Shown one piece after another: positions 60,054 to 64,000 of a DNA stretch of 64,000 nucleotides. The notes under the pieces are model-generated. The model was not told the origin of the DNA and did no database searches. It saw only the letters and a program-made list of their open reading frames with translations. Position 1 is the first letter of the stretch; each line of letters starts with the position of its first letter. This DNA is from Candidatus Latescibacterota bacterium (GTDB taxonomy: Bacteria > Latescibacterota > UBA2968 > GCA-2709665): the NCBI GenBank assembly GCA_963667175.2, contig CAXXXF010000003.1, positions 64,001 to 128,000 on the forward strand, in the 5' to 3' direction. The position numbers were made by a program, and so were the translations under genes.

Positions 60054-62396
60054 ATGAAGGAACACAGACATCCGCATCCGCACAAAGACCCCCGGCAGCC
60101 CGGAGACGGCGCCAGGCCCGGTACGAATCCGCCGGTTTTTGCGTGGCTTCCCGTGGACGCGGCGTCGGGCTATCGCTTGCAGGTCGCCCGGGATTCGGAC
60201 TTTGCAAACGTCTGCCTGGACAGAGGCAATTTACAGGAACCCATGTATCTTCCTGAAACGGCATTCGAGCCCGGGAGGTATTACTGGCGGTGGTCCGCGG
60301 GGCCCGCGGCGACCTCGGAGGTCTTCGCGTTTGAGATCGCGCCGGGGGCCGTTGTGGTGGAGGCGCCTCCGGCAAGCGATTGGCTGAAACAATTCCCGGC
60401 GGAACACCCGCGGATCTATGTGCGGCCCGAGGAAGTGCCGACGCTCAGGGCAGCGGCTGCCGGCGATGCGGCTCGGGAATGGGCGGGTCTGCGCGAGAGC
60501 GCCGAGGCGGTGTTGGCCGAACCGCACGAGATCGAAGAGCCGCCCTTTCTCCCTGACCGTAGCGAAAACTATCAGAAATATCACGAGACCTGGGCGCCGG
60601 TGATGTGGGAATCCAGGCGTTTCGTCAAAGGCGCCGAGACCCTGGCGCTGGCCTATCTGGTCAGTGGCGAGGACGCCTTTGCCCGCGCCGCGTGCGGGAG
60701 GATGGCGTCCATTTCCCGCTGGGACCCGGAGGGGTCCAGCCATCTCCCCCACAACGACGAAGCCCACATGTCGGTGATCTGGAACGGCTCGAATGCCTGC
60801 GACTGGGTATGGGACCGGTTTACGGAACAGGAACGCGAGGCCGTCGTGGCGCAATTCCGGCGGCGCGGGCAGATCACGTTCGACCATATGCACAACAGGG
60901 GGTCCTACGGGGTGACGCGCTTCGACTCGCACGCGGGTCGCGAGATCGTGTTTCTGGCCCACGTCGCCCTCGTGTTTCACGAGCATATTCCCGAAGCGCA
61001 GACGTGGCTGGAGTGGCTCAGGCCGGTGCTGTGCGGCATCTGGCCGATCTGGGCGGGCGACGACGGGGCGTGGGCGGAAGGTCCCTCCTACGGACTGGCC
61101 TACGTGACGATCATGACCATGTTCGCCACCGCGCTGAAGCGCGGAGTCGGGGTGGATCTCTACAGGAAACCGTTCTGGAAAAACCACGCCCGGTGGCGCC
61201 AGTACTGTCTGCCGCCCTACGCGGAGTGGATGGGGTTCGGCGACCATACCGAGCGGTGGGCCGGCTCGTGGCGGTCGAACGCGGACCTGGTGGACCTGAT
61301 CGGACGCGAGACGGGCACGGGCGAGTTCACGGAATACGTGAAGGCGTTCCGGGCGGAGGCGGAGGAGATGCAGACGCCGGCGGAACGGCGAAGTTCGGGC
61401 GTCATGTCGCAGCTCTATCTGGCCGGTCCCGAAGCGCCGCGGCCGCCGTCGGACGCGGACCGAACGATCCTGCGTGTGTTTCCGGCCGCGGGCTGGGCCG
61501 CGGTCCGGACGCATCTGAACGATCCCGCGCAGGATATCGCGATGATCTTCCGGTCTTCCCCGCTGGGCGCCATCAGCCATTCCCACGCGAACAACAACGA
61601 CTTCATCCTGCACGCGGGCGGCAAGGTGATGGCGATGCCCAGCGGGTATTACATCGGGTACGGTTCGGACCATCACACGCACTGGGTATGGCACACCAAA
61701 TCTCACAACTGCGTGACCCTCTCGGACGCGTCGCAGATCATGCGGTCCCACGATTCACTGGGAAGCATCGAGAACGCCTTCGAGGACGAACGGCTCGTCT
61801 ACTTTGCGGGCATCGCGGACGCCAGCTACAGCGACCGCGCAAAACGCTGCCGGCGGCACGTGTTTTTCCTGAAGACGCAGAGCTGTTTTGTGATGATCGA
61901 CGAGTTCGTCGCGGTACCGGGCATCGATTCGGCGCTCCAGTGGAATATCCACTCCTGGAACCGTTTCTCGGTGGATGAGGAGGCGAGGACGTTCCTGCTG
62001 GCGCGTGACGGGAGTTTCCTCGAAGGGCATTTCATGTACCACAACAACGCGTTCTTCTCTCTGAGCGAGGGATGGGACCCGCCGCCGATGCGGACCGGCA
62101 AGGATGAATCGCAGTGGGGCCAGCAGTACCACCTTCGCTTCACGCCCTCCGGCCTGGTAAACCGCCGCAACCTGGGGGTCGTGTTGTGCCCGGGGCACGG
62201 ATCGCTTGACAGGGCGGAAGTACAGACCGAGCGATCGGGTGAAACAGAAGCGGCCCGGATCGGCGACGACCTGGCGCTGGTGGGCGGTCGGGACGGCGTT
62301 TCCTACGGCGAGCATCGCTCGTCCGGTCTGGCGCTGATGGTCGTCCAGGGTCACACGTATGAACTTGGAGACGGCGGCGTGGCGGCAGGACGGTAG
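60054..62396 (+). CDS. DUF4962/heparinase II/III family oligosaccharide lyase-like protein
   Basis: NPPVFAW, Y.LQVA.D..F, EHPR, DGAWAEGPSY, FGD, SHSHANNNDF, HTKSHNCV; no signal peptide. Confidence 0.8.
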   Translation: MKEHRHPHPHKDPRQPGDGARPGTNPPVFAWLPVDAASGYRLQVARDSDFANVCLDRGNLQEPMYLPETAFEPGRYYWRWSAGPAATSEVFAFEIAPGAVVVEAPPASDWLKQFPAEHPRIYVRPEEVPTLRAAAAGDAAREWAGLRESAEAVLAEPHEIEEPPFLPDRSENYQKYHETWAPVMWESRRFVKGAETLALAYLVSGEDAFARAACGRMASISRWDPEGSSHLPHNDEAHMSVIWNGSNACDWVWDRFTEQEREAVVAQFRRRGQITFDHMHNRGSYGVTRFDSHAGREIVFLAHVALVFHEHIPEAQTWLEWLRPVLCGIWPIWAGDDGAWAEGPSYGLAYVTIMTMFATALKRGVGVDLYRKPFWKNHARWRQYCLPPYAEWMGFGDHTERWAGSWRSNADLVDLIGRETGTGEFTEYVKAFRAEAEEMQTPAERRSSGVMSQLYLAGPEAPRPPSDADRTILRVFPAAGWAAVRTHLNDPAQDIAMIFRSSPLGAISHSHANNNDFILHAGGKVMAMPSGYYIGYGSDHHTHWVWHTKSHNCVTLSDASQIMRSHDSLGSIENAFEDERLVYFAGIADASYSDRAKRCRRHVFFLKTQSCFVMIDEFVAVPGIDSALQWNIHSWNRFSVDEEARTFLLARDGSFLEGHFMYHNNAFFSLSEGWDPPPMRTGKDESQWGQQYHLRFTPSGLVNRRNLGVVLCPGHGSLDRAEVQTERSGETEAARIGDDLALVGGRDGVSYGEHRSSGLALMVVQGHTYELGDGGVAAGR

Positions 62397-62449
62397 ATGC
62401 AGGAAATCGTCAGGCGACGCTTGACACAAATGCAATCAAATCCGTTTAA

Positions 62450-62628
62450 CAGTCCGTTGAAAAAGTCGCTCTGCAGGCGAGGCCGAGTCATTGTGGCCGA
62501 AGACAAGGCGCGCGACCGACGTGAATCCCTGGATTCGGGGAGGGAGCGCCTGCCTGCTGCAGGCAGGCAACGCCGTATTTCGGTCACAAGGGCCGGACGT
62601 AGCCCGGATGGTCTTTTTCAACGGGCTG
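62450..62628. mobile_element. 179-bp MITE with TTAA flanks
   Basis: TIRs CAGTCCGTTGAAAAAGTC / GTCTTTTTCAACGGGCTG (16 of 18 match); TTAA at 62446-62449 and 62629-62632. Confidence 0.85.
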
Positions 62629-62656
62629 TTAAGGTTGTTGTATCGAGGAGAGTCCC

Positions 62657-64000
62657 GTGAAGAACGGATCGGTGGGCCTGAAGGTGGACGTGCTGAAAGA
62701 CATGCGCCTGGAGACGGCGCTGGTTGTCAACGGCGAGCCGCAGGCGACCATTGTCATCGGCGGGGATGGGGCGCACGCGCGGCATGCAGACAGAATCGTC
62801 GAGCGGGTGGCGGCGGCGACCGGCGCGCGCCTGAAGGTGGTCACGGCGTTGGACGCGGAGGCCGGGATGCTGCGGGAGGGGCACGTGGTGGCGCTGGGAA
62901 ATATGGCCGACAATGCCTTTATCCGGTGGCTGTATTACCAGTGGTGGGCGGTGGAAGACCGTTGCTATCCGGGACAGGGCGGTTACGCGTTGCGGACGCT
63001 GCACAATCCACTGGGCAACGGGAACAACGTGGCGCTGTTGGGGGCCAGCGACGAGACCGGACTGGAGCGCGTGGTGTCGCGTTTTGCGACCCTTGTGTCC
63101 GACGAGAAGACCGGCCGCCTGGGGCGGTTGATGGAGGTCCGGCCCGGTCCCGAATTCCACGCATTCGGCCGTCCGCCGGAGGGATGGCTGCAGGAGCGGC
63201 AGGAGGACTTCACCGCGCGGGCCACCGCGCCGCACGCCTCCGAATCGGGCGCGGGCTTCCAGTTCATTTCCGAGGCGGGCGCGTACGGTCTGATGTATCA
63301 CCGGACCGGATACGAGGCGTACGCGGCGGCCGTTCGGGAAATCGCGGAAGCGCATCTGAAGATGGGCGAGCACGGGGTGATGGCGCACTTTCACGTCTGG
63401 TGGCTGGCCGCGGTGTGGGACCTGATCGAGGAGAGCCCCGTGTTTTCCGACGAGGACCGGTTGAAGATCACGCAATACCTGCTGTGGATCATGGATTCCA
63501 CCGAGGGGGCGTACACCCGGTTTTTCCGCGAGGGCGTGGGGCACCGGATGGTCCGGCAGAACCACCAGACGCTGGTGGCGCTGGCGGCGTGGTTCGGCGG
63601 GCGGTATTTCTCGACGCACTACGGCTTCGAGGAGGCGAAGGAGTGGATGAGCGCGTCCGCGGAGGTGTTCAGGGGGCAGGCCGTGTCGTTCAAACCGATC
63701 GAGGATGCCAACGCCTACCAGTGGATGACGCTGGACCACATATTAACCTATACGCTGGCGAGCGGGGATACCACGTATATCGACAACGGGAACTGCAGGC
63801 GGTCTCTGGACCAGGCGGTGCTTTACTGCGACAACCGGGGCGGCCTTCCCGCGTTTGGTGATACGGGGGCGCCGATGGAAGGATACCCGACGAATTTCCT
63901 GGTCAAGGCGGGGCATGTGCTTCAGGACGGGCGCGCGGCGTTTCTGCTGGGCAAACGGTTCGACGGACCGTCCGACTATTTTCGGCCCCAGCCGCCGGGA
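62657..64000 (+). CDS. Large hypothetical protein, possibly alpha/alpha-barrel lyase-like (partial)
   Basis: GAGGAG RBS, GTG start, frame appears open to the window end: ...LGNMADN...YPGQGGYALRTLHNPLGNG...WDLIEESPVFSDEDR...QNHQT...EDANAYQW...PAFGD. Confidence 0.75.
   Translation, partial: MKNGSVGLKVDVLKDMRLETALVVNGEPQATIVIGGDGAHARHADRIVERVAAATGARLKVVTALDAEAGMLREGHVVALGNMADNAFIRWLYYQWWAVEDRCYPGQGGYALRTLHNPLGNGNNVALLGASDETGLERVVSRFATLVSDEKTGRLGRLMEVRPGPEFHAFGRPPEGWLQERQEDFTARATAPHASESGAGFQFISEAGAYGLMYHRTGYEAYAAAVREIAEAHLKMGEHGVMAHFHVWWLAAVWDLIEESPVFSDEDRLKITQYLLWIMDSTEGAYTRFFREGVGHRMVRQNHQTLVALAAWFGGRYFSTHYGFEEAKEWMSASAEVFRGQAVSFKPIEDANAYQWMTLDHILTYTLASGDTTYIDNGNCRRSLDQAVLYCDNRGGLPAFGDTGAPMEGYPTNFLVKAGHVLQDGRAAFLLGKRFDGPSDYFRPQPPG

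Noticed and set aside
20635-63861. Long antisense or alternate-frame ORFs (e.g. 20635-22797, 31456-33414, 45912-47999, 47933-50344, 62491-63861)
   Set aside because: Shadow ORFs of GC-rich coding regions with no family motifs, overlapping well-supported genes

Overview
GC-rich bacterial chromosome segment, probably from the FCB superphylum (Latescibacterota/KSB1-like). That assignment is an inference from the TonB receptor + T9SS-type C-terminal-domain protein + PorV-like + GWxTD gene set. Every credible gene from 1 to 43136 is on the - strand and every one from 43989 to the end is on the + strand. 1-19.7 kb is an accessory run of small modifying enzymes (GNATs, APH-like kinases, SAM methyltransferases, nucleotidyltransferase, HIT, HAD, sulfotransferase, RtcB), mixed with intact and decayed toxin-antitoxin genes, a MITE and nested palindromic repeats. 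19.7-24.7 kb is the most unusual locus: an apparently self-contained operon encoding a receiver domain fused to an intact glutamate dehydrogenase, followed by a membrane hybrid histidine kinase with an HPt domain. 24.9-43.1 kb holds catabolic/hydrolytic genes, including two AAC(3)-family proteins and a heparinase II/III-like protein. 44-64 kb is a SusD-less, PUL-like envelope cluster followed by lyase-like genes. Three extra-G frameshifts look like sequencing errors; one of them creates the spurious 1150-aa fusion in the ORF track. No rRNA, tRNA, CRISPR array, integrase or transposase was seen. All family calls come from motif recognition by eye, not from database searches.
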